Part shown: piece by piece, positions 1-8,768 of the stretch | How positions within the stretch are numbered: the stretch's first letter is position 1 | Layout: each line of letters opens with the position of its first letter | Origin: Polyangiales bacterium | Lineage (GTDB): Bacteria > Myxococcota_A > Polyangia > Polyangiales > Houyiibacteriaceae | Assembly: GCA_045106895.1 (NCBI GenBank) | Contig: JBGCFM010000131.1 | Coordinates: 1-46,633 of the forward strand | Direction: 5' to 3' | Length of the DNA: 46,633 nt | Position numbers and translations under genes: made by a program | The notes under the pieces: generated by a model | Databases searched by the model: none | What the model was told of the DNA's origin: nothing | Seen by the model: the letters and a program-made list of their open reading frames with translations, nothing else

Positions 1-99
1 CGCGAGCACTACTCCACGGTGAGGGAGGATGACCTCCGCAAGGCTGGCGACGCTGTAGGCGCTCAGCTGCTACCTCAGCTCCGCTTGGTTGGCTCCTAG
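1..99 (+). CDS. C-terminal end of a probable tyrosine recombinase/integrase (5' part outside window)
   Basis: Frame 1 reads REHYSTVREDDLRKAGDAVGAQLLPQLRLVGS* (TAG 97-99). 'REHYSTV' resembles the catalytic-Tyr segment of myxobacterial integrases, and the gene ends ~100 bp from a tRNA 3' end. Confidence 0.65.
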   Translation, partial: REHYSTVREDDLRKAGDAVGAQLLPQLRLVGS

Positions 100-206
100 G
101 AGTCACGCTCGGCCAAAGGAGTCCCTCAAGGAGTCATTCGACAGAAAATCCACGAAAAAAGCCGACTAGGCACTAGGCCTAACCGACTGATTTCATTTGC
201 AGATTT
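98..206. mobile_element. Attachment-site junction of an element integrated at tRNA-Gly: arm-type repeats and IHF site
   Basis: AGGAGTC direct repeats at 98-104, 117-123 and 129-135. Minus strand 192-180 reads AATCAGTCGGTTA, matching the IHF consensus WATCARNNNNTTR. Lies between the integrase stop and the tRNA CCA end. Confidence 0.55.
155..188 (-). terminator. Rho-independent terminator downstream of tRNA-Gly
   Basis: Minus strand AGTCGGTTAGGC-ctagt-GCCTAGTCGGCT-TTTTT: a 12-bp stem with G-U pairs followed by a U tract. Confidence 0.7.
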
Positions 207-281
<75 letters not shown>

Positions 282-301
282 AAATCCCCGAAGGGACGCG
301 T

Positions 302-330
302 TGTATGACCCCCGCATGAGCCCCTGTCAA
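302..330 (-). promoter_or_regulatory. Sigma-70-type promoter of tRNA-Gly
   Basis: Minus strand TTGACA (330-325), 17-nt spacer, CATACA (307-302), about 20 nt upstream of the tRNA 5' end. Confidence 0.65.
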
Positions 331-403
331 GCGACTGTGTGCACTTCGTTGTGAGTCTCGTGTGAGGCGGGGTTTTTGTCGTGGTTTTGGCGATCGTTCG
401 GTC

Positions 404-1557
404 TCAAAGAGCCAGTTCATCGAGGCCTATGTAACGCTCCAAACGAGCGGCTTCGGCAAGATCGACGCCGAAGTCATCTCGAAGGCTACGAGCGTGCTCA
501 GCGGCTCGGGGAGCGTCGCCGTTTCGCAAGCTCACGACGAGCATCAGGTCGACGGCGTGAACGAGGTCAGGCGCGTCCTCGAGACACGTTTGAGCGTGCT
601 CCAGGGCCAGCGGGTAGTCCTCGCGCTGGAGTTCGATGTCGGCTCGAATGCAGGACATGAAAGGGTCGTCCAGAAGCGTGCGTAGGCCGTCGAGCGCCGT
701 CACGGCTTTGTCCCAGTCGCCGAGGGCGTAGTAGCCGGCGAAGAGCCGGTCTTGGACGCGGCGGTCGCTGTGAAAGTCCGCTGCATACGCGTCGAGAACT
801 TCGCGGTAGCGGACGTTGTCGCCGAGGGTAGACACGGCATCCACTCGGGCGTCCGCCGGGCCGCGCATGCGCTGCAGGTCTTCGGGCAGCGCGTCGATAA
901 TGGAGAGCACTTCGAGTGAAGCTCCCGCCTGAGCCGCCGCGTTCAATCGCTGGAGCTCGTCCTGGTGCACGACGAGTTCTTCGCCGACGCGAACGCTCTC
1001 CGTGATGAGAGACCCACGCCACTGGCCCAAGGAGAGCTGGAAGTAGTCGAGGACACAGGCGCCGCGGGGTGTGTCGACGAGGAGCAAATCAAGGTAGTCC
1101 ACGCCGACGCTGGAATAGACCCAGCGAAACCGCGCGACGGGTTGGTCATCTCTGCGGGCAAGTCCGAGATACTCGACGCTATCGCCGTTCATTCGGCCCT
1201 CGCGAACTTCGTCCAAGACGACGCGCTCCTGAGACAGCGCGTTCACGAGCCCGAGAATCACGGCTTGGCGTTCGGGGATGTCGGTGGGGACGGAACGCTC
1301 CGCAAACGCAGGAATGTCGAAGAGCGAGTCGAGGTCTGAGTTCGGGTCTTCGAGCATCGAAGCCACGCGCGCGCCAAACGCCTCGGTACCTTCGTCGCTC
1401 ACGGAGGGGAAGCTGCGCATGGGGGTATAAGATGGAGCGGCGGCGGGCTGTCGGGGCGACTCATGCACGCTCTCGCTTCGCGAATGCCCAACGCGACGGC
1501 GGCGATAACGGGCGCGATGAGAATCGTCAGCCCAATGCTCTTTCCTACGTTTCCCAT
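404..1557 (-). CDS. Hypothetical membrane-anchored protein with C-terminal TPR-like helices; apparently frameshifted near 1421-1425
   Basis: Main ORF 404-1468 has a helical-repeat C-terminus. An out-of-frame ATG at 1557 encodes a hydrophobic anchor (MGNVGKSIGLTILIAPVIAAVALGI). One extra base in the G5 run at 1421-1425 would join the two. Confidence 0.6.
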
Positions 1558-1625
1558 GGCACCTACTAACACGCCGCCGCTTCGCTGTTCCGTTCTCGCT
1601 GTTCCGTCCTCGGTGGTCAGGTCAG

Positions 1626-2252
1626 TTAGAAGTCGAAGCCGTCGACGCGCTCGATGCGGCCCTTCGAGGCAACCATGGCGATGACGCCAACGATGAAGAG
1701 CGCGCCTCCGCTCGCGAGGCTGATTAGGCCGAGACGGCCCATGTCCAGCCTATCGTCAGACCCGTACTCGCTGTCACCTCCAGGGAGAGCATCTATACCG
1801 ACAAGAATCCCGCCGGTCGCGACGCCGACACTGCCGAGGGCAATGGCGGCCAGGCCGAGTGCGTGTCCTCCGCGGTTCTGTGGCTCAATGATGTAGCGCT
1901 GGGCCGTGCCATCTGGCCGCAACCGGAGTGCGTGGACGTCGACGCGGACCTCCATGGGACGCTCAAGCTGAAAACGGCACGGCGTCTCGCACACGTGGAC
2001 GGTAGATTCGGCGCTGGCTGTGGCGGAACCGGAACTGAAGCTGTGAGCGGTTGCTGTCGCTCGTCCGGTGATTTCCTGAACGTCAACACTGTCACCGTTC
2101 GTAGATCGCAACTCGATGATGCTGGGCGCGGAGAACTCCACGCCGCCGGATTCAAGGACTTGTTGGGCTTCGCCAGAGGACGTGTCGACGACGCAGAAAA
2201 CGAGGGCGAGGAGGAGGGAAACGACAAGGGATTGGAGACTGGGGTGTGTCAT
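1626..2252 (-). CDS. Hypothetical exported/membrane protein (signal peptide, PEGA-like 'CETPC' segment, two C-terminal hydrophobic helices)
   Basis: 208-aa ORF with an architecture common in myxobacterial hypothetical proteins. Confidence 0.7.
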   Translation of the reverse strand: MTHPSLQSLVVSLLLALVFCVVDTSSGEAQQVLESGGVEFSAPSIIELRSTNGDSVDVQEITGRATATAHSFSSGSATASAESTVHVCETPCRFQLERPMEVRVDVHALRLRPDGTAQRYIIEPQNRGGHALGLAAIALGSVGVATGGILVGIDALPGGDSEYGSDDRLDMGRLGLISLASGGALFIVGVIAMVASKGRIERVDGFDF

Positions 2253-2320
2253 GGCCGCCGTCTCGACACGAAGCCGACTCAGTTTCCCGTTCTCTCCGTT
2301 TTCTCTCTCGCGTTCGCTTC

Positions 2321-2586
2321 CCAGCGGCGTTCTGGAGGAATCCCGATTCTTCGTTCAGCGCGTCGCTGGCAAGGCCACCTCGAGTCCAACAAGTCCCGGA
2401 AATCACCACGGCGATTCTTCGTCCAGCACGTCGCTGGCAAGGCGCGCAAGGCGAGGGCATCTATGGATGCTGAGCCGCAGCGCAACGTAGCCAGCGGCGT
2501 GCTGGGCGGAGAAGCGCGACCGCGAAGAAGGCATCTATGAATGCTGAGCCGCAGCGCAACGTAGCCAGCGGCGTGGGCGGAGAATC
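2321..2586. repeat. Nested palindromic intergenic repeat (REP/MITE-like)
   Basis: Left-arm copies at 2344-2375 and 2412-2443 (CGATTCTTCGTYCAGCRCGTCGCTGGCAAGGC). Right-arm copies at 2456-2513 and 2530-2586, whose ends are complementary to the left arms. Extra hairpin at 2321-2369. Confidence 0.75.
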
Positions 2587-4108
2587 ACTCGTTGCGGAGG
2601 CCGTCGACCGGCAACATCCGCGCCGCCCACATGCTCGGCGCTACCGTGGCCAGCGTGCAGATGAGAATCGCCACCGTCGCGGTGATGACGAACTCGCTTC
2701 CGTCGACGACCACGGGCAGGTGGTCGATGAGGTAGACCTTGGGGTCGAGGGGGAATTCGACGAGGCCTAGATAAGACACAAGTCCCCCTCCGAGGAGCAA
2801 TCCTATGAGTGTTCCTATGACGCCTATGACGACGCCTTGGACGACGAAGATGCCAAGGATGGTCGAGTCCGTCGCGCCCATCGCCTTGAGAATCGCGACC
2901 TCACGTTTCTTCTCGAGGACGACCATGATGAGCGTCGCGATGACGTTGAAGGCCGCCACGAAGATGATGGTGGCGATGACGAAACCGAGGGAGATCTTCT
3001 GAATCTTGAGCGCCGTGAAGAGGTTGCGGTTGAGCTCCGCCCAGTCGACGGTGTGGAAAGGCCCGCCGAGTTCGCGTTCGAGTTGGCGGGCGATCTCGCC
3101 GCTCTCGTTGAGGTCGTGGAGCCGCATCTCGACGCCGGTGACGACGTCGCCCTGGCCGTAGAAGTGCTGGGCTTCGTAGAGGTCAGCATAGACGAGGTTC
3201 GCGTCGTACTCCTGGAAACCAGCCTCGAAGATGCCGATGACGAGGAAGTCTTTGGTGCGAGGGGCGCGCGTCTCGGCGTCGAAGAGGCTCACGTCCATGC
3301 CGCTGAGCGGCGAGACAAGGCGCACGGTGTCGCCCACCTCGACCTCGAGGTTCTCGGCGAGGGTCACGCCGATAACGACGCCGGCGAGGGAGCTCACGTC
3401 GACGGGCGCTTCTTCGTCTTCGGGCTCGATGAAGTCTTCTTCCGGAAGGTCGAACTCGCCCGGGTCGAAGCCTTCGAGGAGCGCCTCGACGTCTTCTGGG
3501 GAGACGACGTCCACGGTGGGCAAGGCTTCGTACTCCGCCTCGCCCTCGCTTTCCTCGCCGCCTTCGTTTACGCCCGCGTTTTCTACGCGCGCTTCGTCGC
3601 CGCCGATTCTCGCATTGTGCTCAGCGACCATTTCGCCGAGCCAGTCGTCGTCGTCGTTGTTGCCGGACGACGCCGGTTCCGCATCCGGGTGACGAAGTCC
3701 GTCGAGCGTTCCCGCGATGAGCTGGTTGGGCAGGTCGAGGACGCCGGTCACGAGATCCGGGTCGATGCCTTTGACGAGGACGCCGCTGAGGCGTTCGCCG
3801 TGGGCGAGCATCATCGGGTTGATAAGAAAAGGGCCCGCGCCGGCGACTTCGGGGAGCGCGCTGGCTTGGTCGACGACCTCACGGTACTCGTCGAAGTCGA
3901 CGCCGTATTTCATCACGAGCACGTGCGCGTTGACGCCCAGAACCTTGTCGCGGAACTCGCGCTCGAAGCCGCTGGTGATGGAAAGGACGGCGAGAAGCGC
4001 CGCGACGCCGAGGGCGACGCCGGTGACGGAAATGAACGTGATGACGGAGATCGTCTTGCGCTTCTTGGAGCGAAGGTACCGGCGACCGATCTCTAGGGCA
4101 TATGCCAC
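2585..4108 (-). CDS. LolC/E-family lipoprotein-releasing ABC transporter permease with acidic insertion
   Basis: N-term 'IGRRYLRSKK..ISVITFISVTGVALGVAALLAVLSITSGFE..RDKVLG.NAH'; C-term FtsX-like 'EKKREVAILKAMGA', 'YLIDHLP', 'P.DGLRNE'. Confidence 0.9.
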   Translation of the reverse strand: MAYALEIGRRYLRSKKRKTISVITFISVTGVALGVAALLAVLSITSGFEREFRDKVLGVNAHVLVMKYGVDFDEYREVVDQASALPEVAGAGPFLINPMMLAHGERLSGVLVKGIDPDLVTGVLDLPNQLIAGTLDGLRHPDAEPASSGNNDDDDWLGEMVAEHNARIGGDEARVENAGVNEGGEESEGEAEYEALPTVDVVSPEDVEALLEGFDPGEFDLPEEDFIEPEDEEAPVDVSSLAGVVIGVTLAENLEVEVGDTVRLVSPLSGMDVSLFDAETRAPRTKDFLVIGIFEAGFQEYDANLVYADLYEAQHFYGQGDVVTGVEMRLHDLNESGEIARQLERELGGPFHTVDWAELNRNLFTALKIQKISLGFVIATIIFVAAFNVIATLIMVVLEKKREVAILKAMGATDSTILGIFVVQGVVIGVIGTLIGLLLGGGLVSYLGLVEFPLDPKVYLIDHLPVVVDGSEFVITATVAILICTLATVAPSMWAARMLPVDGLRNE

Positions 4109-4216
4109 GGGGGGGAGCTATCACGGGGTGCAAAGGGGGGCCAGCGAACGCCCGCCGGACTCGGATCACCCTTCTAGACGCCCGAATCACTCACTTATTC
4201 CAGTTTCGCTGCGCTC

Positions 4217-6088
4217 GTGGCGGAAAATCCTCGCCTCGCGATAAGAATACCCCCTCGTGTTTCCCCGCCAGCAGCCGTACTGATCGGAGTGAGCGCTGTT
4301 GCCCCACTGCCCGAAGCCCCGAGCCTGGAAGAGGAGTACGCCGCGGCGGACCCCCTCGCGAAGGCACTTCGAGGAGAGCAGCTGGCCGGGTATCGCCTCG
4401 TCACCGAGCTCGGCGCCGGCGGGATGGGCACAGTCTTCTATGCCGAAGCCGTCCATGGAAAAGAACGCGCGGCGATCAAGGTCCTCGAGCCGCGCTTTTC
4501 AACCATGCCGGAAGTGGTGAGCCGCTTCTTCGACGAGGCCCGAGCGGTCCAAGCGATCGCTCACCCGAACATCGTCGACATCCACGACTTTGGAAAAGAC
4601 CGAGGCTACTTCTATCTGATCATGGAACTCCTCGAGGGCGAGACCCTCGCCGAGCTCATCGATCGCGAGGGTGCGTTGGACGTCGAGGTGGTGCGTAGCG
4701 TGGCGAAGGGCATGGCGAGCGCTCTCGACGCGTCGCACAAACGCGGCATCGTGCACCGCGATCTCAAACCAGAGAACGTATTCGTCACTCCGAGTGGCGC
4801 GAAGCTCCTCGACTTTGGAATCGCAAAACTCGGCGACATGCGCTCCGGCGGACGAACGCAAACCGGGACCATCCTTGGGACCCCCGCGTACATGAGCCCT
4901 GAGCAGTGCTTGGGTGAGTCGAGCGTTGGACCACTCAGCGATGTCTACAGCTTCGCGGCGGTGGCCTACGAGATGCTCACGGGCAACCCGCCCTTCGTGG
5001 CCGAGTCCTTTGGACAGTACGTGATGGCCCACGTGCGCGATATCCCGTGTTCGCCGAAGGAGCGTAACCCAGAGGTCCCCGAGCACGTCGCAGCGACGAT
5101 TCTGCGGGCCCTCGCCAAGACGCCGACGGACCGACACGTGAGCGCGGGCGAGTTCTACAAGGCGCTGTGTTCCGCGCGGCAAATCGTGCCGCAGGCTCCG
5201 AAACAGCGGAGCTCAAGCAAGCGGCTCGCGGCGAAGCTCGAAGGCATCATGCTGTCGCGCATCGCGCGCGGAGACCTGCGCTTGCCGTCGATGCCCGAGA
5301 CCGCCACGCGTGGAATGGCGATGCTGCGCTCGTCCCCGGTGGACTTCGACGCGCTCACGGCGACGCTGGAGCGGGACCCGCTCATCTCTGGGCATCTGCT
5401 CCGCATTGCAAGCAGCGCCGCGAATGGCGGGCACCGCATTCGAAGTCTGCGGCAGGCGATCCCGCGCATCGGCGTCGACCCCCTCCGCGAGATCCTCGCC
5501 CAGCTCGCCGCGCGCTCCGTGTTTCGCTCGCGAGCCCCACGCATCGATGAAGCGTTTCGTACCATCTGGTCGCACGGGCTAGCCGTCGCCAATGTAAGCC
5601 GCGCCCTCGCCGAGGAATTCCTCGTGGGACCGGACCCGGACGAGGCTTATATGGCCGGTCTGTTGCACGACGTGGGGAAGCCCGTCGTCGGAGGATTTCT
5701 GCTGGAACTCGAACGCATGGGCGTAAGCGGCGGCATCGACGACGAGATCTGGCGCGAGGTCGTGGTGAGCGCGCATCCGGCCATCGGAAGAATGATCAGC
5801 GAACGCTGGAGCCTTCCAGAAGCGATTCGCGAAACCATCGGACAAGCCGCGTACGGCAACCGAGGACGAAATCGCGTGGGCAACGTCGTTCGCTTCGCCA
5901 ACGCTCTGGTGGAGCGCGCCGGCGTGGATATGCAGCCGATTCGCTTTGAATCCGCCATCGAGGTGATTCGCCAGGGGCGCGTGCTTCTCGACGTCGACGA
6001 AGAAACGGAAGCCGCCGCCGTCGCCATGCTTGGGGCAAATCTCGATTCCCTGGCACCGGACTGTGACCAGACGAACCCGGGAACCTGA
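4217..6088 (+). CDS. Ser/Thr protein kinase fused to an HDOD domain
   Basis: GAGGMG, AIKVL, HRDLKPEN, DFG and GTPAYMSPEQ motifs. C-terminal 'LPSMP..DPLISGHLLRIASS..AYMAGLLHDVGK..W.LP' fits HDOD. Start codon uncertain. Confidence 0.9.
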   Translation: MAENPRLAIRIPPRVSPPAAVLIGVSAVAPLPEAPSLEEEYAAADPLAKALRGEQLAGYRLVTELGAGGMGTVFYAEAVHGKERAAIKVLEPRFSTMPEVVSRFFDEARAVQAIAHPNIVDIHDFGKDRGYFYLIMELLEGETLAELIDREGALDVEVVRSVAKGMASALDASHKRGIVHRDLKPENVFVTPSGAKLLDFGIAKLGDMRSGGRTQTGTILGTPAYMSPEQCLGESSVGPLSDVYSFAAVAYEMLTGNPPFVAESFGQYVMAHVRDIPCSPKERNPEVPEHVAATILRALAKTPTDRHVSAGEFYKALCSARQIVPQAPKQRSSSKRLAAKLEGIMLSRIARGDLRLPSMPETATRGMAMLRSSPVDFDALTATLERDPLISGHLLRIASSAANGGHRIRSLRQAIPRIGVDPLREILAQLAARSVFRSRAPRIDEAFRTIWSHGLAVANVSRALAEEFLVGPDPDEAYMAGLLHDVGKPVVGGFLLELERMGVSGGIDDEIWREVVVSAHPAIGRMISERWSLPEAIRETIGQAAYGNRGRNRVGNVVRFANALVERAGVDMQPIRFESAIEVIRQGRVLLDVDEETEAAAVAMLGANLDSLAPDCDQTNPGT

Positions 6089-6103
6089 GCGGAGCTAGTA
6101 CTT

Positions 6104-6254
6104 CATCTCATAACTACGTGTGGCCATATTTTGGTCAGAGTGCTTCGATTCTACTGTCCGCGAAGCGATGAAACTGTGGTGCATTTTTGAGCTGAGGGGA
6201 TGAGTGAAGGCGGTGTGCTCCGGCCGCAATGTGGCCGTGCGTAGTTATGAGATG
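6104..6254. mobile_element. MITE-like element with 27-bp imperfect terminal inverted repeats
   Basis: CATCTCATAACTACGTGTGGCCATATT (6104-6130) is the inverted partner of AATGTGGCCGTGCGTAGTTATGAGATG (6228-6254). The outer 15 bp are perfect. Non-coding, AT-richer interior between convergent genes. Confidence 0.65.
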
Positions 6255-6258
6255 GGCT

Positions 6259-6996
6259 CTACTCTTCGTCCTCACTCAACAGATGCCTCAAGTAGCGCGC
6301 CGGGTTGTTCAAGAAGTCGCGCGTTACATGCACGTGCTCAAGGTCGTCATACTCGGTGGATGCGATGCCCTCTTCGTCAAAGCGATAGATCGTCGCGTTC
6401 GGATACGCCAAAAGTATGGGCGAGTGTGTCGCGACGATGAACTGCCCGCCTTGTTGAACGAGCGCATGAAAGTACGCCAGGAAGGTTAGCTGGCGTTGGG
6501 GAGAGAGCGCCGCCTCCGGTTCGTCGAGGAGGAAGAGGCCGTCTTTGCCAAAGCGGTGTTCGATGAGCGAGAGGAAGGACTCGCCGTGACTCTGGTGATG
6601 GAGCGACTTTCCGCCATAGCTACCAGATGCGCCGACTTCGTCGATGAGCGTCGCAACGTTGAAGAAGCTCTCGGCACGCAAAAAGAACGAGTCCCGTGGC
6701 CGCCGAACGCCGCGAACGAGCGTCATGTGCTCCGAAAGTGTGCTCCGCCCGGCGCTGTCGTCGATGCGCATATTGCGCGTGCCGCCTTGCGCGCTGAGAC
6801 CTGCAGCGATGGCGATGGCTTCGAGGAGTGTGGACTTGCCGCTGCCGTTTTCACCAACGAAGAATGTGACTTGAGGATGCACCTCAAGTTCTTGGAGACC
6901 TTCGAGAGCGGGTAGGCAAAACGGAAACTCGCTGTCGTCGGCGTCGTCGCGCTTGATGCGAATCGACTGAATGAACGCGTGCGAGAGCTTCGTCAT
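6259..6996 (-). CDS. Stand-alone ABC/AAA-type ATPase (COG3910-like)
   Basis: Walker A GENGSGKST, 'FFLRAESFFN', 'SHGESFL', Walker B LLDEPEAALSP, 'ATHSPILL'. Confidence 0.9.
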   Translation of the reverse strand: MTKLSHAFIQSIRIKRDDADDSEFPFCLPALEGLQELEVHPQVTFFVGENGSGKSTLLEAIAIAAGLSAQGGTRNMRIDDSAGRSTLSEHMTLVRGVRRPRDSFFLRAESFFNVATLIDEVGASGSYGGKSLHHQSHGESFLSLIEHRFGKDGLFLLDEPEAALSPQRQLTFLAYFHALVQQGGQFIVATHSPILLAYPNATIYRFDEEGIASTEYDDLEHVHVTRDFLNNPARYLRHLLSEDEE

Positions 6997-7008
6997 CGAG
7001 CGTCGAGG

Positions 7009-7482
7009 TTAGAGCAATCCGCCTTCGATCCAATCGACGAGGCGACCTCGTTCTTCGTCACTTGGCGAAGGACCACTACCAACGGGGAACTGGCGAGGTG
7101 GTGGGGAGCCGCTGCAGTCGTCGAGAGCTTCAGCACTCACGCCGCATCGGATGTTGACCATGTCGCGGCGAATGTCGTCGATGGTGGTGTAGTCGCGCCT
7201 AGCGCTTCCGGCGCCGTGGCACTCTACGCAGTACGTCGTCATGAACTCCATCGCGAAGCTCTCGTAGGTGTCGGCAGGTCCAGCGTCGGGTCCGCCGTCG
7301 GGGCCGCCATCCACGCCGACATCCGGCACGCCGGTGTCGTTGCCTGCATCCGCCATGACGTCGGTGCCTACATCAACGCTTGGCACGTCAGGCATTGGGG
7401 CGGTTGCGTCGAGGGCGCCATCGTCGTCGCCACATGCAAAAGCAAACACAGCGACAAGAGAAACGGTAAACGCGGTCTTCAT
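7009..7482 (-). CDS. Lipoprotein with c-type heme-binding motif
   Basis: Start MKTAFTVSL.. with lipobox FAFAC-GDD, a D/G/P-rich linker, CVECH and C-terminal 'SDEER..LVDWI..G'. Confidence 0.75.
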   Translation of the reverse strand: MKTAFTVSLVAVFAFACGDDDGALDATAPMPDVPSVDVGTDVMADAGNDTGVPDVGVDGGPDGGPDAGPADTYESFAMEFMTTYCVECHGAGSARRDYTTIDDIRRDMVNIRCGVSAEALDDCSGSPPPRQFPVGSGPSPSDEERGRLVDWIEGGLL

Positions 7483-7534
7483 CGCCGTGGGGTAGCAGCT
7501 CACTTGGGAGCGTCCAGCGCTCCGGAGCCGCGGT

Positions 7535-8680
7535 CTAGAGCTGCGAGATGTCCGTCTCGAGGCCGAGGAGAACACGCCCTGGCACTTTGAAAGACGACTC
7601 GTTGACCATGATGTGCTGCGTCATCGTGTGGACATCACGGAAATGTCGCTGCAGCGGGCTCTTCTCGTAAATCGAGGCCCCGCCACCCAAATGGTAGGCC
7701 ACGTCGACAACTTTGGCGGCGGTCTCCGCGGCGTGGGTGGCTGCCATTCGAAGTCGTGCGCGCATCGAAACGTCGAGCGCACCTGTCGCGTTCCAGGCGT
7801 CGTCGATGGTGACGCGCATCAGTGCTCGCGCCGCGTCGAGTTGGCTCGCCGAACGCGCGACGCGAATCTGCGTCAGCTCGCTCTGCGCCAGCGACTTGCG
7901 GCCACGCTTCTTCTTTCCAGCTAGGGCGCTCACCTCTTCGAGTGCCGCCCCCGCGATGCCCAAGCCCACAGCGCTCACGCCGAGAGCTAGGAGGCCGAAG
8001 AGCGGGAAACGATAGAGCCCGCCTTCTTCGGTAGGCTCGTCGGCGAAGACACACGTGGTGTGCTCCGCTGGCACGAAGACGTCTTCGACGACCATGTCGT
8101 GACTACCGCTGCCGCGCAGCCCCGACGTTCGCCAGGTATCCACAATGGAGGACTCCTCGCGGCGGACGAAGAAGCTTCGAACTTCCGGGGCGCCGTTTGC
8201 CAGAGTGCGCGGCGCGCCGCTCTCATCGATGACGAGGCCGCCGCCCAGGCGGATGGCGGCGTTGTCGATTCCGCTGGTGAACGGCCATCGACCTGTGAGC
8301 CTGTAGCCGCCAGGCACGACGCGCGCGCGCCCCATCGGCGCAAAGACACCTGCGGGAATAATCGCCGGATCGCGGAAAAGGGCTTCGGCGCCCGCGCGAG
8401 GTAGGTACGCAGCGAGGAGCCCAGTCGTCGACCCCGTCATCACCGTCCACGCCGTGGCGCCATCACCGCGCCCAAGCGCTTCAAGAACATCGACGAAGAC
8501 TTGCGGGTGGACTTCGCCTCCGCCGAGAGACTCGGGCACCAGCATTCGGTAGAACCCCGACGCGGACAGCTCCCTTGCCAGGCTCTCCGGAACGCGCCGC
8601 TCTCGCTCGACGCTCGGTGCGAGCTCGAAGAGAGCGTCGCGGCGAGCTCGGGCTTCCTGAAGGAGCGGGCTTGTGTTCAT
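7535..8680 (-). CDS. Acyl-CoA dehydrogenase-fold flavin-dependent monooxygenase (HsaA/indole oxygenase-like)
   Basis: 'GGYRLTGRWPFTSG', 'DTWRTSGLRGSGSHD', 'SPLQRHFRDVHTMTQH'. Start taken at ATG 8680. Confidence 0.85.
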   Translation of the reverse strand: MNTSPLLQEARARRDALFELAPSVERERRVPESLARELSASGFYRMLVPESLGGGEVHPQVFVDVLEALGRGDGATAWTVMTGSTTGLLAAYLPRAGAEALFRDPAIIPAGVFAPMGRARVVPGGYRLTGRWPFTSGIDNAAIRLGGGLVIDESGAPRTLANGAPEVRSFFVRREESSIVDTWRTSGLRGSGSHDMVVEDVFVPAEHTTCVFADEPTEEGGLYRFPLFGLLALGVSAVGLGIAGAALEEVSALAGKKKRGRKSLAQSELTQIRVARSASQLDAARALMRVTIDDAWNATGALDVSMRARLRMAATHAAETAAKVVDVAYHLGGGASIYEKSPLQRHFRDVHTMTQHIMVNESSFKVPGRVLLGLETDISQL

Positions 8681-8768
8681 GCCTTGTTTGTTCGCGCGGC
8701 TGACAAGCGTAGATGTTTCGCGTAGGTGCACCCAGTTGGTCTAGCACAGCTGAGAGCGCCGCCGTGGC

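Noticed and set aside
1582..1612. 14-bp tandem repeat TCGCTGTTCCGTYC x2
   Set aside because: Two copies only; no evidence of function.
2344..2586. Possible CRISPR array (repeated 30-55-bp units)
   Set aside because: Only two copies of each unit, arranged as inverted arms, with no regular unique spacers and no cas genes.
2837..4096. 419-aa plus-strand ORF, and similar long antisense ORFs at 19131-20183, 29535-31091, 32544-34307, 34274-35602, 35727-36908 and 38499-39728
   Set aside because: Shadow ORFs opposite well-supported genes, expected from high-GC codon bias; no recognisable motifs.
6259..6996. ATPase as the missing LolD or as a defence-system ATPase
   Set aside because: It lacks the LSGGE signature of LolD and has no adjacent nuclease or TOPRIM partner.
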